Below are positions 52,082 to 64,000 of a stretch of DNA of 64,000 nt, piece after piece (the first letter of the stretch is position 1; each line of letters starts with the position of its first letter). The notes beneath the pieces are model-generated. The model was not told the origin of the DNA. It searched no databases and worked only from the letters and a program-made list of their open reading frames with translations. A program made the position numbers and the translations under genes. The stretch spans positions 56,026,788-56,090,787 of the forward strand of contig CM120640.1 of assembly GCA_051362555.1 (NCBI GenBank), written 5' to 3'. The DNA is from Lingula anatina (Eukaryota; Animalia; Brachiopoda).

Positions 52082-55000
52082 AATTGTGTTAACTCATTCT
52101 GTACTTTTAAAATGTAAATAGGAAACTTATTAATCTATAGGAGTGCTAGATCATAGCTGCTGATTAGTATGCATGTAATTTTACAGTAATAATTACTAGT
52201 AAGTACATGCAAAATATTTTAAGAAAGTTACTGGAGGGGTATATTCCAGTTTATTTTATTTTTATTATTATTATTTTTTTTTTTTACAAGTAGAATGTAG
52301 TCCATATTCACAGATTTTGATTTGCCTCATCATTAGGCCTTAACCTGCCCATATTTTCTGCAGGTGTAATAATTTATGCCTTGGCCTAGGTAAGACCTCT
52401 GGTCATTCTAAGTAAGAAGCACAAGCGTCTTCTATAAAGGTCAATATCAGTGGATAAATTATACAGGTCAAATCTGGTACATTGTTGTACTTAACTGCCA
52501 TTGTTTTTATCCACAGGGCCATACTCTACTCCAAAACACATGAAATTTTGTTCAGTTTTATTCTTGGGTGATTCCCTTGAGTTCCCTTAAATATTAGTTC
52601 CAATATACCCCGGTAGTATACAGGACATTTACCTGTTCTTAATTAAAAAAGTGACATGTTCTCATTTCCACGATGCAGTACAATGGATGTAGATCAATGT
52701 AGATCTATGTAATGGAAAATATGTGAAAGAAAACAATGTCACTGTATGAAGGCTATTCTGATTCACCTTTTTTGTATCTTTTCTGTTCTTATTTGTCAGA
52801 ATTTAACTAATTTACTTTGTTTTATTTTTTCCAATTCAACAGGAGATCTTCCAATTGAGATGTGACAGAGCAGATGTAGAGGCTAGAAGCGTGCTGAAAT
52901 TTTCAGATCTGGAATGTGCTATTATGAACACTGCTGTTCATGAGAATGAAAAAGGATTTATGCTAGCTGCTGGCATGGAAGAAAACTGTCGCTTTTACAA
53001 CTTAAAGCATAAAGTGATTACTTTGGAAGACACTGAAGATAAACATAGTAGGTTAATAATCAATAATAGATTTAACTATTATATTAAAATAAATGCCTGC
53101 AATTGTACACAGTGATTAGTTCTTGGTTTTTGCCACTTGCAGTTATCTTTATTTCTGGTGTGCAATTATTTTTCATTGTGAAAAAAGGATGAAGAAAAAT
53201 TTGGTGTTTTTGAACTACATACTAAATGAAGGCAACCTGTTCACATTATAGAAATGTTTACCACTTAATATACTTGCATTAGTTTTGCATTCCACATATT
53301 GATATACATAATATATGGATTATTGATATGAATAGCTGCCCTAATAAAACATTCATTCTCAAACATTACTTTATGTCAGCACAACTTGAATAGGTTTTTG
53401 ATATTAAAAAACATAGCAGAAATAAGACTTATAACCTTCCATTAAATATTAGAAACCCCATATTCAATTATAATTAATAACTGTAAAATGTTCCTATATT
53501 TCCAGAAGAAGACACTAAAGACAGTGCTGTCAGGCAAAGAAAAGGAAAACAGTCGCAGCCAGATTCCAAGAGCAAGGAAGTTGAAAAATTGGTGTCCTTT
53601 CAAGTTGACCCTTTTAAAACAATTCAAACAGACTTTCATGGTGATGGTGGTTTTCAAAAAGTGGTTCAGATCAGTTTAGATGGAAAAATCCTTGCAACAG
53701 GAGGAGCAGATGGATTTTTAAGGATATGGAAAGTAAGCCTCATCATTCTTCAGTTCTTAGTAGAGAAAAAGAAATTCAATAACATAAATGTACATAATGT
53801 ACTTCCTTCCAAGTCCCTCATGTTTTTTTTGATTGTATATTTTTCTTCTTTTTTATTTATATTGTTTCAAGGATTACATTGGTCTTAGGTGAATTTGTGA
53901 TTTCATTTTCAAAATTAATTTCTTCGGAAGCTTGTATGATATTAATAAGATAATATATTGATAAGTGGATTGAAAGTGGGGTAATTTCTTTCAGTTGACG
54001 TTAATTAACACAAAGTGTATAAATACAATCTTAATCTAAAGCTCCCAGAACTGAAAAGACTCCAGGAAATTGAAGCACATGAAGGAGAGATTGAAGATCT
54101 ATCTATTAGTCCAGATGGAAATCAGGTGAATGATTCATAATAAATAAACTGATTTAATTTGTATTATTTGTTCTGCCTCAAGTATGTATAATCATTGTTC
54201 AATTTTATAGCACATAAATTGAGTTAAAGTCAATTGAAGCTGATAAATGAGTAATGTTTTATGTTTAACAGATTTCTACAGATTATAAATACTTTTTCAG
54301 CATTTATGTTATTGAGTTTTGTCTTTTTTGAAACACATTTGATTGATACCATTAATTGTGAAAATATTCTTACCTTTACTGTCATATTATAGGCTGCGTG
54401 TTAAAGTACACAGACATGCTAAACCTGCAGATTGAAAGGTTCATTTTTCTTGAAAGTTATATTATTTTTTTATATTGATTGAAAGTCAGTGTGAGATTTT
54501 ATTCAATATAATAAATTGTCTTTCAGTATACACTGACTATGAATTACCTCAGAAAGAGGCAACATATGAGCAGGTGTTTTCTTTGACTAATTAGATAAAT
54601 AACTGTTTCAGATTGTCACAGTGTCTCATGACAAACATTCCAGTGTGTGGAATACCAAGGATGGAAGCAAACACCGGGAACTCAACTGGAAAGGGAAATC
54701 TAACTCTGCATACAGATTTAGATCATGCAGGTAAATACAACCATATAGAAATCTGATGGAAACTGCATAATTTTTTTAAAGAGAATTTGACAAAATATCG
54801 TTTATAGTCTATTTTTCATATTACAGGGTCTTCTTATACTGCCTACTTGTAATCATATATAATGCTAGAGATAGACCATGGTTTGAATCTTTGCAAATTA
54901 CATGTTCAAATCAATAGTTGTTAAATAGTTTGGTCCATCTGTTTCGGACAACTGAATTATCTTTTGTCACTGATGAATTTAAGAGTTTGTGTGAGCTCAT

Positions 55001-56852
55001 GAAGACTGAAAATCATATATATATTTTACATAAAAGATACAGCAGTTAATCCGTTCCTTTTAATCCAGATATGGTGTAACTAAAGGCCCAAAGCCTGAGG
55101 TCACTTTGTACACAACACACATTCCAGTAACAAGAGCAGGGAAGCATCCACTGCCCTGCTATATCACACTATGGGACAGTGCAAAATTAGTAGCAAAGAA
55201 AAGTGCAAATGTTGGCGGAGAAGTTGTGTCAGCTTTTGAAGTTAGGTGGGTACATGACACTTGTTACTTGTGAAAGGAAACCCTATCATATTATATATCA
55301 TATACTAAACATGTCATATTAATACTGTTAAAATATTTGTGACATTCAGAAGGTGCTCACTGAGTGAGTTTTTTTTTTTTTTTTTTTTTTTTGTGTCAAA
55401 TGTATTTCAGAAGTTTACATTAATTTCTTCAGGTCCTTTCAGTAATAGAGGTTTTGTTATCAATAATATAATGCAGCTAAGTGAATTTTTCAGGATAGGT
55501 CAGAAATGGGCTAACTTGAATTTGATTAGAATTTGGTAGTGATAAATGAGAATTGAGTGGTTTTGGCAGAGATCTCTGTTTTTCTAGTTTTTATCTTTTC
55601 TTATTTCTTTCAGTGATGATGGTCTGTATCTTGGACTTGGAACAATAAATGGCAGTATAGCTATTTATATAGCTTTTAGTTTACAGGTAGGTTTAAATAT
55701 GTTTTGTTATTCTTTTTGAACTGTTTATATAAGGTTTAGAGAGATTTGGCAAAGATATTAACTGTGCTTGGACCTACATGCCTTTTTTTCTATAATTTTG
55801 CAAGTAAATTCCTAATTTTGTTATTTTTTCATTTATTTTTTTCCCATTTTGTCAAGGCCAGTTATAACTTGACACTCTGTTATTATTGGTAATTTAGTAA
55901 ATATGTAAAAGTAGATTAAACCCTCAGAAAGCAATATAATATTCTTACTCTTATATAAATATTTATATTGCAGTTTCTAAAATGTTTTTTTACTGATTTA
56001 AGAATATTTCTTTTAAAAATTAAGTTATACTTTATAACGCGTACAGCTGTTGTCTTCCAGTGTTTACACCAAGTAAGAGAAGCCCATAGTATATTCATAA
56101 CAGGGATTGAGTTCCTTCCCAGCACTTCCACAGCACAGGCAATAACATTTGGACATGATGTCAGTCTTCTAAGTGTATCTGTAGATAAACAGATTAAGAT
56201 TCATCAGGTGCCAACAAGAGGTAGGTTTCTTTACAGCTTCAGCTTGTTTGGTCATGCCCGTAAAAGATTAGGCAAATTATTGCATTTTTTTGGCAGTTTA
56301 TCAATGATTTTTTAAAAGATTAAATATGCTGTGATGACCATATTTATTTATTTATTTTTAAATATTGTTCAGTATGTCATATGCCTTAGTTATATTTATT
56401 GTTTTCCACTTGTTAAAAGGTCAAGACATAAGGGATATAGTCATGCCTTTGATGACCAACATATTTTTATACTGATAAGGTCAAATATGGGAGGTTGATA
56501 TTGGATTTCTAGGTTCTTGCACTTATCATTATAATTGAACTCCCTGCGTTTTACTTTTTAAAAACTTTCTACTGCCAGCTGAACTCTAGAGTAATATCAG
56601 GTGTGTTAAGCTTTCAAAAATAGAATCAGGATTTCTATAAAGCCAATTTTATTAAAAATGCTGTAAGAATAGCATTTATATTGTTTTGATGTATGAATTT
56701 TATAGAATAGCGATGTGCATAAATGCCTGGGTATTTAATTTACCCCAGTTGTTTTGTACTTTTCAGGTAGTATCAGTGCTGTGTGGGTGCTCTTAGGGGC
56801 CTTCATCATCATGTGTGCTATATTTTGGTTCCTGGCAACTATTGGTTTATGA
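51710..56852 (+). CDS. PREB: Prolactin regulatory element-binding protein / SEC12 (Sar1 GEF; WD40 propeller with C-terminal TM helix)
   Basis: FPPYAV...IVAGGGGTAKTGVPN (K-loop), QTDF...FQKVV...LATGGADGFLRIW, AHEGEIEDL, YRFRSCRY, SDDGLYLGLGT, EAHSIFITG, LLSVSVD, terminal hydrophobic helix AVWVLLGAFIIMCAIFWFLATIGL*. Confidence 0.95.
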
Positions 56853-58134
56853 TGAAATCCACAGATACTTCAATGGGATATTTGATGAAACATACGATAC
56901 TCAAAGATTTGTAGCTGAGTGAGAATTGTATTGCTACAAATATTAGGTTTGACATGGAACTGTGAATACTGGGGAAAATGTTTGCCTGAAACTCATACCC
57001 ATGCAAACTTGTCATGAGACTTGTTTCCAGATCTTCTTTATTATGAATTATTTTAAAACTTTTTGTGTCTTTTATAAAATGTTAGATTTTTCTGGTTTTG
57101 ATGGTAGTTTATATCAGTAAGGGGGGGGGGGGAGGAGCCTTGGTCGTCTTTCAGTCGCTTGGTTTGGTCTATGCATGTATTTACAATAACTTAGATATAA
57201 AGTCCTTAAATTGTTTGAAAGTAAAAGGGAGTTCCATGCTCTTGACACCCTTTATGAAGTAAGTCTTTCCAGAAACTAAACATATTCTTCTTTTGAAATT
57301 TCATTGTGTATACGTGTGTGTGTGTGTGTGTGTGTTTGTGTGTGTGTACTGTGATCACTTTTTAGTGGACAAAATGACTACATTGTATTTATCTTATTGG
57401 GTCCATGGATTGATGTTTATTTATTATGGGGAAAATGTACAAAGCAGTTTTTAATTTTCTTGAAAGTAGCATACTTATATTACAAATACATACCAAAGTA
57501 TAAAAATAAGTCAACTTTTTAAACAAAATTAGGTCAAGCAACTTGGAATAGGAATACTTTTTCTGTGGTACACATATAGTACCAAAAATGAAATACAAAA
57601 AAATGTTTAATCACAGTGAATTGTTTAAGTATATGATGTAAAATTTTGAAAAATGATTCGGATGGTCTATGTCAAACAAAGCTGTTTGGTTGTTTACCTC
57701 TACCGTTTGATTGGTACAATACGCATGTAATGGAAAATTGAAAAGTTACAAACCCTGCGTCTGTACGAGCTATGTTTTCACCAATGTTGGTTTACACTTT
57801 AAATTTAATGTATGTTTTCAGCCAAATTACTCAATAAAATTAACTGCCACATATTTGCGTTATTTTAATTTCACGCGTCTCCCTTCCTTGTGATAAGATC
57901 GTTGTCCTTTTTTAAAGCCGCGACGATAAACAGATTTGTCCCCTGTGGTTTAACTCAACATTTTTATTTCCTAAGACGGAATTTCGTCATAAACCATGCC
58001 TTTTTGCCCGACATTGAATCTGTGGCATACGTTCCCTTTCTCGATATACGGAATAAAACTTGAATATTTTATACACCGAGGCTTTCCGACGACGTGTTCA
58101 AGTTCCTTGGCCAGTCTCATTCATGCCAATGTCT

Positions 58135-58190
58135 AGCCACTCAAGAAGTTATAATGAGAAGGCCTTCTCATTATAACTTCTTGAGCCACT
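58135..58190. mobile_element. 42 bp perfect palindrome flanked by a 7 bp direct repeat (collapsed TIR element)
   Basis: AGCCACT|caagaagttataatgagaaggccttctcattataacttcttg|AGCCACT. Confidence 0.8.
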
Positions 58191-58348
58191 TGAATAGTGA
58201 CATCTCTGTATTAGCTTGTGACTAAATTAACAAAAAGGCACCCTATTATATAAGGGGCCCCTAAAATAGTATACAGAATCAAACAATAATCCATGACTCC
58301 CGTCTGTTAACTGTGGGCCTTGGCTCAGATATGTAGACCGATAGACCT

Positions 58349-58603
58349 AGGACCGTTTTCATAGAACTGTGTAAAGCCCGAAATGAATCTAAACTTTAAG
58401 ACCAAATTTGGTCTACTTCAGTTCAAGCAATCCATTTTAATTAAGCGTCGGTATGAAACATAAGCCATTCGTTCCCTTATGTAAAACGGGCACAATATTT
58501 CATTTCATTGGACTAATGGGTCAAACTTGAATTTTATTTTAGAAATTTAGGCCAGGTTCCGGACTGTAGATCACTGAAAGTTCTTTTTTGAAACCGGGTC
58601 CTG
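58349..58603. mobile_element. Diverged MITE with aggacc(g)...ggtcct termini
   Basis: aggaccgttttcatagaac ... gttcttttttgaaaccgggtcct; termini resemble those of the 15738-16043 element. Confidence 0.5.
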
Positions 58604-59099
58604 TTGGTTTAGTTTAGAGTTTAGTTCTTTTTTCAGGTTAAACAGAGCTAACGAAAGTTATTCTTAACACGATCGTCAATGCCACTTACAGATTGTAAAA
58701 CAAACGTTGGTACAACAAAAATGGATACAATCAGTCCGCCAATGCACGAGACGTATGTTAAGTACACTGGCGATAGACCTTTATATCAGTTACATGTACA
58801 TAAGGCTTTATATAGGCTTTATAAGTGATAAGTAAGTGCGTGATATCACATAAAACCTACAATTCATTCTATTGTAATTTTTACATAATTGTGCTTAGAC
58901 CTGTTTGTTACAGGCCTATAAGCCCCTACTCACCGCCTAATCATCTCTTTCATTAAATAATTTTCCTGAAATTTTAAGAAACATTCCCTTTATCACCAAG
59001 GTACATGTATGTCATGTCAAGAAAAAAGCGTTAAGAGAATTATTTTGGAGTTTTTACATTCTATTTTTAATTTCGCTAGCGCTCTTCTGAGAAATGTGA

Positions 59100-59949
59100 C
59101 ATGCAACTCACCCAAACCAAATATAGTGGTGCAAATGAGGTGACATGCATGCTCTTAAAATATTTAGTGCACAGATTACTATGTTTGATTATTGAGGGTC
59201 TCACATGAAGAGTTTGTATCAAAGTTTCACTCTCCTGGAACCATGAATAGTTAAAAAATAATTCATCGATTAACTCCAGAAAGGAACATACGTTACTGTC
59301 ATAAATGCAAAACGTCCAGCTGTGAAAAAGTTTTACCCAGTGTAATTTTTATTTATTTATTTATTTTTATTTTTATTTTGTTTATTTACTTTATTTTTTT
59401 TTATTTTTTTTTTTATTTTTTATTTTTATTTTTATTTTTTTTTTTTTGAGCGACTTTAGTTTGCTTGTCACTGAATATCATTAAAGGGGGGAAATATACC
59501 CTACTGATAGTAAAATAAGCATTAAAAATCTATTTTCCAGTTGTGGTCAAAAAATTATATCAGTGATGTCAAACTATCATGGAATCACAATACAGTTTTC
59601 AGTCAGCAACAAAAACTCCTATTGCACAAATTACTTGAACAAGATGAAACTTTCTGACATTTTTTCTGGGAAACATACGTTACATAGTATTGGCCATGAC
59701 GCAAAGCCCCTTGAGTTGCAGTTTAGATATTTTAAACATCATCCCTACGTCATATATATATCAGAACGCGGTATAAAAATTAAAATCATATGGCCCGGAA
59801 CATACGTTACCGGAACATACGTTTCCATTTACACAATGTATAAACATGGTAAAAATTAAATGCAGATGTAAAATTGAGACAGCCGTGGATTTTTGTTCCA
59901 TACACATATGTATTAAAAAACTGAATACAACTTCGAATTCATTCAATTT

Positions 59950-60042
<93 letters not shown>

Positions 60043-60200
60043 TCATTTATTTATTTTGATACTTAGAACATGTGAAATGCTCCTCTTTATTGGGTTTGCT
60101 CGAACTATGAGTTAGAATTCACACCAGAACGAGTCAAACTAAAAACGAAGTAGCCCTACACAAAAAGGATCTATGGATTGTTATTATCTGATTGGTTTTG
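59100..60200. mobile_element. Inverted copy of the 50440-51440 repeat, with expanded AT-rich simple repeats
   Basis: Reverse-complement similarity across ~1 kb. Confidence 0.85.
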
Positions 60201-60735
60201 AGTACGCCTAGACCTCTATGGTTAAGAGAAATGGGTTGCAATTTCCAACAAAATTTTGCTTCTGGCTTACATGTGCATCCGTATTGGCATACTTATAAAT
60301 TTATTATTATAAAGCAACTTAAGTTCTTACGTTTTCATACTTATAGTACACTCACTCTCAATATATAGGTCCATTTGAAGAAAACAAAAGTGAAAATGAA
60401 GTTTAAGATATATTCACGAATTCTACTTTTTCTAAACCGTGACAGAAGGTGATAAATCTGGCTTTTTGTGTAAATCATTCAAAATTATAAAATTGGTGCA
60501 CGGGGATATTTCGTATTCAGTAACGAAGGTTTTAGCCTATTTTAGTAACAAAAGTTATAAAACTAACCTCTGTGGGTAATATTCGCATGTTATTAAGAGC
60601 AGTAGGATTTTTTTTGTGTGTGTGTGTATGTGTGTGCGTGTGTGTGTGTGAACATATAAATCCAGTAATTATTATCTTTATTTTTTAAGTGTACTGATGT
60701 TCCACTTTGACAAACAATTCTTACTTTTGCTTGTT

Positions 60736-60751
60736 GCGGAAGTGACGTCAC
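60736..60751 (+). promoter_or_regulatory. Overlapping ETS-CRE composite motif at the probable H6PD promoter
   Basis: GCGGAAGTGACGTCAC, followed by a plausible non-coding exon with donor ttag|gtagag at ~60844. Confidence 0.7.
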
Positions 60752-60988
60752 TCAGGAGAGCTCTTGAAGTTACGAGGAAGTAATGTGTTACTGTACCAGC
60801 CTTTAGGTGAACATACGATCTTAATGAGCAAATCATTACTTAGGTAGAGATTCAAAGAATGTACATCTAGTCATCTAAAATAAAACATTTATAGGTAACA
60901 TAAACTGGTTCGAGGAGATTTAGCTATGGTTTGATATGACAATTAAACTTAAGTAGGAACCGCAGAGAGACTTTAAAATACCATACTA

Positions 60989-61057
60989 CATGTACCCCTA
61001 GCACGAAAATTCATGCGTTAGCTGCTAACGCATGAATTTTCGTGCTACATGTACCCC
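60989..61057. mobile_element. 49 bp perfect palindrome flanked by a 10 bp direct repeat
   Basis: CATGTACCCC|tagcacgaaaattcatgcgttagc-t-gctaacgcatgaattttcgtgcta|CATGTACCCC. Confidence 0.8.
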
Positions 61058-61640
61058 GTGCTGTAGTCTACCATAATGCCCAAAAGGCAATTAAAATTTA
61101 CGAGGTATTTTAATAAAAGCGCCAAGTGTATGCCATAAAGGATTATAAACTAATATTTACTTTATTGAGTAGTACTTGTACTTTCCCTGCTTTAGTCTAG
61201 ACATTATATAATGTATATCAAACTGTATATGGTAATCACTCTGCGGATTACATCTTGTATTTGTATTTGATCATGCCAGGATGTAGGGCGATTGTCAATA
61301 AACTTCTGATTCTGATATTTACATGTAAATGTTAAGCTTGTATTTGCACAAAATTTTTATAAGTGCATGTGTACGGTACATGTACATGTACTGTACATGT
61401 AACTTGTGTACACCTAAGAGGTCATCCATTTTTATCATCATTTCCACAAGTCTACACAGAGTGGACTTTTTCTAGACCCCCCCCCCCCCCCCCCCCCCCC
61501 CGGCGTATGATTTGTAGACTTGTGAAAATTACGATAAAAATGGATGATCCTAACTACTGAACATAAATAACAAATCTAACAAATATTTTTAAAACAGTTT
61601 TCAGCTTGAAGTCCTGTTTTGGAGCAACACTCACAGCTAC

Positions 61641-62323
61641 ATGAAGAAAATGAACAGGTCCCATATGGATTTTTTTAACGGGCACTGTTTCTTTCACATG
61701 TTCTTACTCTTGTTGTTGACCATAACTTCTATTATGCCTGTTGTCATAAATCCAAAGGAAATAGAATCATGTAGGCATACTACAATTATCTTAATAGGAG
61801 CAACTGGAGACTTGGCAAGAAAATATCTGTGGCAAGGGTTTTTTGAACTGTTCATCAAGGAACAAGCTAGATTAACTACTTTCACTTTTATTGGTTGCGC
61901 TCGATCTGACCAAGACAGTGGAGAGATTAAACTGCAGAAGATTTTGTTAGATGTGGTTAGCTGTGATGATATTTCCAACATTTCTCCTGGTAACTGCCAA
62001 ATATTGAAAAAAGATTTCATTAAACTTACTCATTATCATATGCTCAAAGGCGAAGAAATGTATGCAAGTCTTAATGACAAGATTGAAGTCTTTCAAAGGA
62101 AAGCTGCCAAGCAAGCGGAAGGAGTTGACATTGGTTTCATAAGTGACCGTATTTTCTACTTGTCCATACCACCATTTGCATATTTAGATACTTCACGAAA
62201 TATTCACAAGTTCTGCCGTCCTTCCACCCCGTACTCAGGGCTCCGCCTTGTTCTGGAGAAACCTTTTGGAAAAGATTATGCCAGTGCGAAATTTATGTCA
62301 GATGAACTTGCAAAACATTTCAG
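61641..62323 (+). CDS. H6PD: Hexose-6-phosphate dehydrogenase (ER-luminal GDH/6PGL bifunctional protein), first coding exon; gene continues beyond the window
   Basis: Hydrophobic signal peptide FLLLLLTITSIMP; IILIGATGDLARKYLWQGFFELF, RIFYLSIPPFAY, LRLVLEKPFGKD; donor cag|gtaagg at 62324. The KYLWQG motif and signal peptide distinguish it from cytosolic G6PD. Confidence 0.92.
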
Positions 62324-64000
62324 GTAAGGAAAATAAAAAGGCTATTTGTGGTTGAGGCAATAGATTTTTATTCCTGGACCTGCTTTAAGTCATTGTATTT
62401 GTATACAGGACCATTCCATAGTATACTAAAAAGCAAATTCAATTTTAAGATTGGTTTCCTGTTAGTTGGGTAGTTCTTTTCATGAGGCCATATTATTTTC
62501 TCATTCAAATTTCATCCAAACTGTAAATTTGGTGCTTGTTCATTTTGTTCTAAACTGTAGAAAAGTATTACTTAAAAGATTTATAGGCCTGAAATATAGG
62601 TTGAGTTCAAAAACCAGCCTCAACGGATTCTTTATATGGAAGTTATGCACTTTTGGTGAAATGTTCATTTTTCACATATTTTTATGTTAAAGGTGTTTCA
62701 GAACTGATATGCTGTTAAGTATTATGTAATATTGTGTAAAATTTTAAGAAGCGCTATTTTGACCACTGCCACCATAAAGACCATTTAAGAAATCATTTTA
62801 CTAATGATTCTCAAACTCACTAAAAAGAATTATAAACCTGAGATACAGGTTGAGTTCGAAAAAATCAGCCTGATTGGATTCTAGCTTTGGAAGGTACGCA
62901 TTTTTTGTAAAATGTTCATTTTTTACATATTTGCATGTCAAAGGTGTGACTTTGGGCCTCCATGGGCCTGAAGACCTTTACTAGTTACATTTTGTTAATA
63001 TCTATGATACTTATAATATATTGTTCAAAATTGGTGATGATTATGCTGTTAAGCATTGTGTAACATTAAATCAAATGATGAAACCCCCTATTTTGGCCAA
63101 TGCCACCATATTGACCATTAATGGGAAACCATGTTACTCATGATACTCAAACTCACAGAAAAGATTCAAATGGCTGAAATACAGCTTACATTGGAAAACC
63201 ATAACGATTGGATTCTTTTTCTCAAATTAAGTTTGTGAAATGTTAATTTTTCACATATTGGCATTTTAATTGTGGGACTTAGATCTCCCATGTGCATGAA
63301 GCCTTACAGTAGTAACATTTTCTGAATGTCCATGTTATAAATAGTAAATAATTAAAATTGTAGATGATTGAGCAGTTATAATCATATAATATTGCATCAA
63401 AATTGACAAAAAACTATTTTGTGTACTGCCGCCCACTATCAATGCTATGAAAGAAAAAACTGTGTTGCTTATTATTATGTAATAACAACAATGATCCTTA
63501 GGATTGACATACAGCTTAAATTGGAAAACTAGCTTGATAGGATAATTTTCCTTGAATTTATAGAATTTATTTGAAATTCTCATTTTTGTCATTCCAGCAT
63601 TTTCAGTGTATACATTTGAACTATCACGAGCCTGATGCTTTATGCTAGTTACATATTCCTAGCATCTGTGTTACTTGTTGTGCAACTTTGGTGTTGACTT
63701 TGCTGTTTAGCAAAACATGTTATTACAACAAAATTTACAAAATAATCTTTTATGTGTATCATTATTATCTGCTTTTTGTCTGTACACTTGATAGCTTTGC
63801 TGTCTTGTTTCAGCAAGCACCCCTTATTTTTATTTTTTATTATTTTTTTTTTTTATTTTATTTTATTTTTTTTTTTTGTCCTTTTTACTCCCAGGAAGCA
63901 AACTGATTTTTTAAACATGCATACTGTATATTAGTGGCTCATTTGGGCTGATTTATGCTGAAATTTCTTCAGAATTGCCATTCTTACTTCACTGTTGCTT

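Noticed and set aside
61641-62323. Cytosolic G6PD
   Set aside because: The signal peptide and GDLARKYLWQG motif indicate H6PD rather than G6PD (GDLAKKKIYP).

Overview
AT-rich, intron-rich animal genomic DNA (invertebrate, most likely a mollusc or other lophotrochozoan; inferred from gene content and repeat types). It holds a dense housekeeping cluster. Three head-to-head pairs are FTSJ3(-)/EIF3C(+), RPL6(-)/INO80E(+) and an uncharacterised Castor-type zinc-finger/coiled-coil gene(-)/ADAT2+type-II NADH dehydrogenase(+). These are followed by PREB/SEC12(+) and the first coding exon of H6PD(+). Introns and spacers carry a BEL/Pao remnant, several MITE/foldback elements, Helentron-associated (HINE-like) elements with internal ~150-163 bp tandem arrays, ultra-short palindromic insertions and microsatellites. 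Four observations stand out. (1) An intronless ADAT2 ORF sits inside the apparent first intron of an alternative (non-proton-pumping) NADH dehydrogenase gene and appears to share its first exon; that exon's ATG is in frame with NDH-2 but forms a 6-codon uORF for ADAT2. (2) EIF3C ends in four tandemly duplicated, frame-preserving RG/GYQ micro-exons flanked by intronic complementary elements. (3) A GATGACGT motif is shared by all three bidirectional promoters. (4) Inverted ~1 kb repeat copies bracket PREB. All calls come from reading the sequence by eye; no database searches were run.
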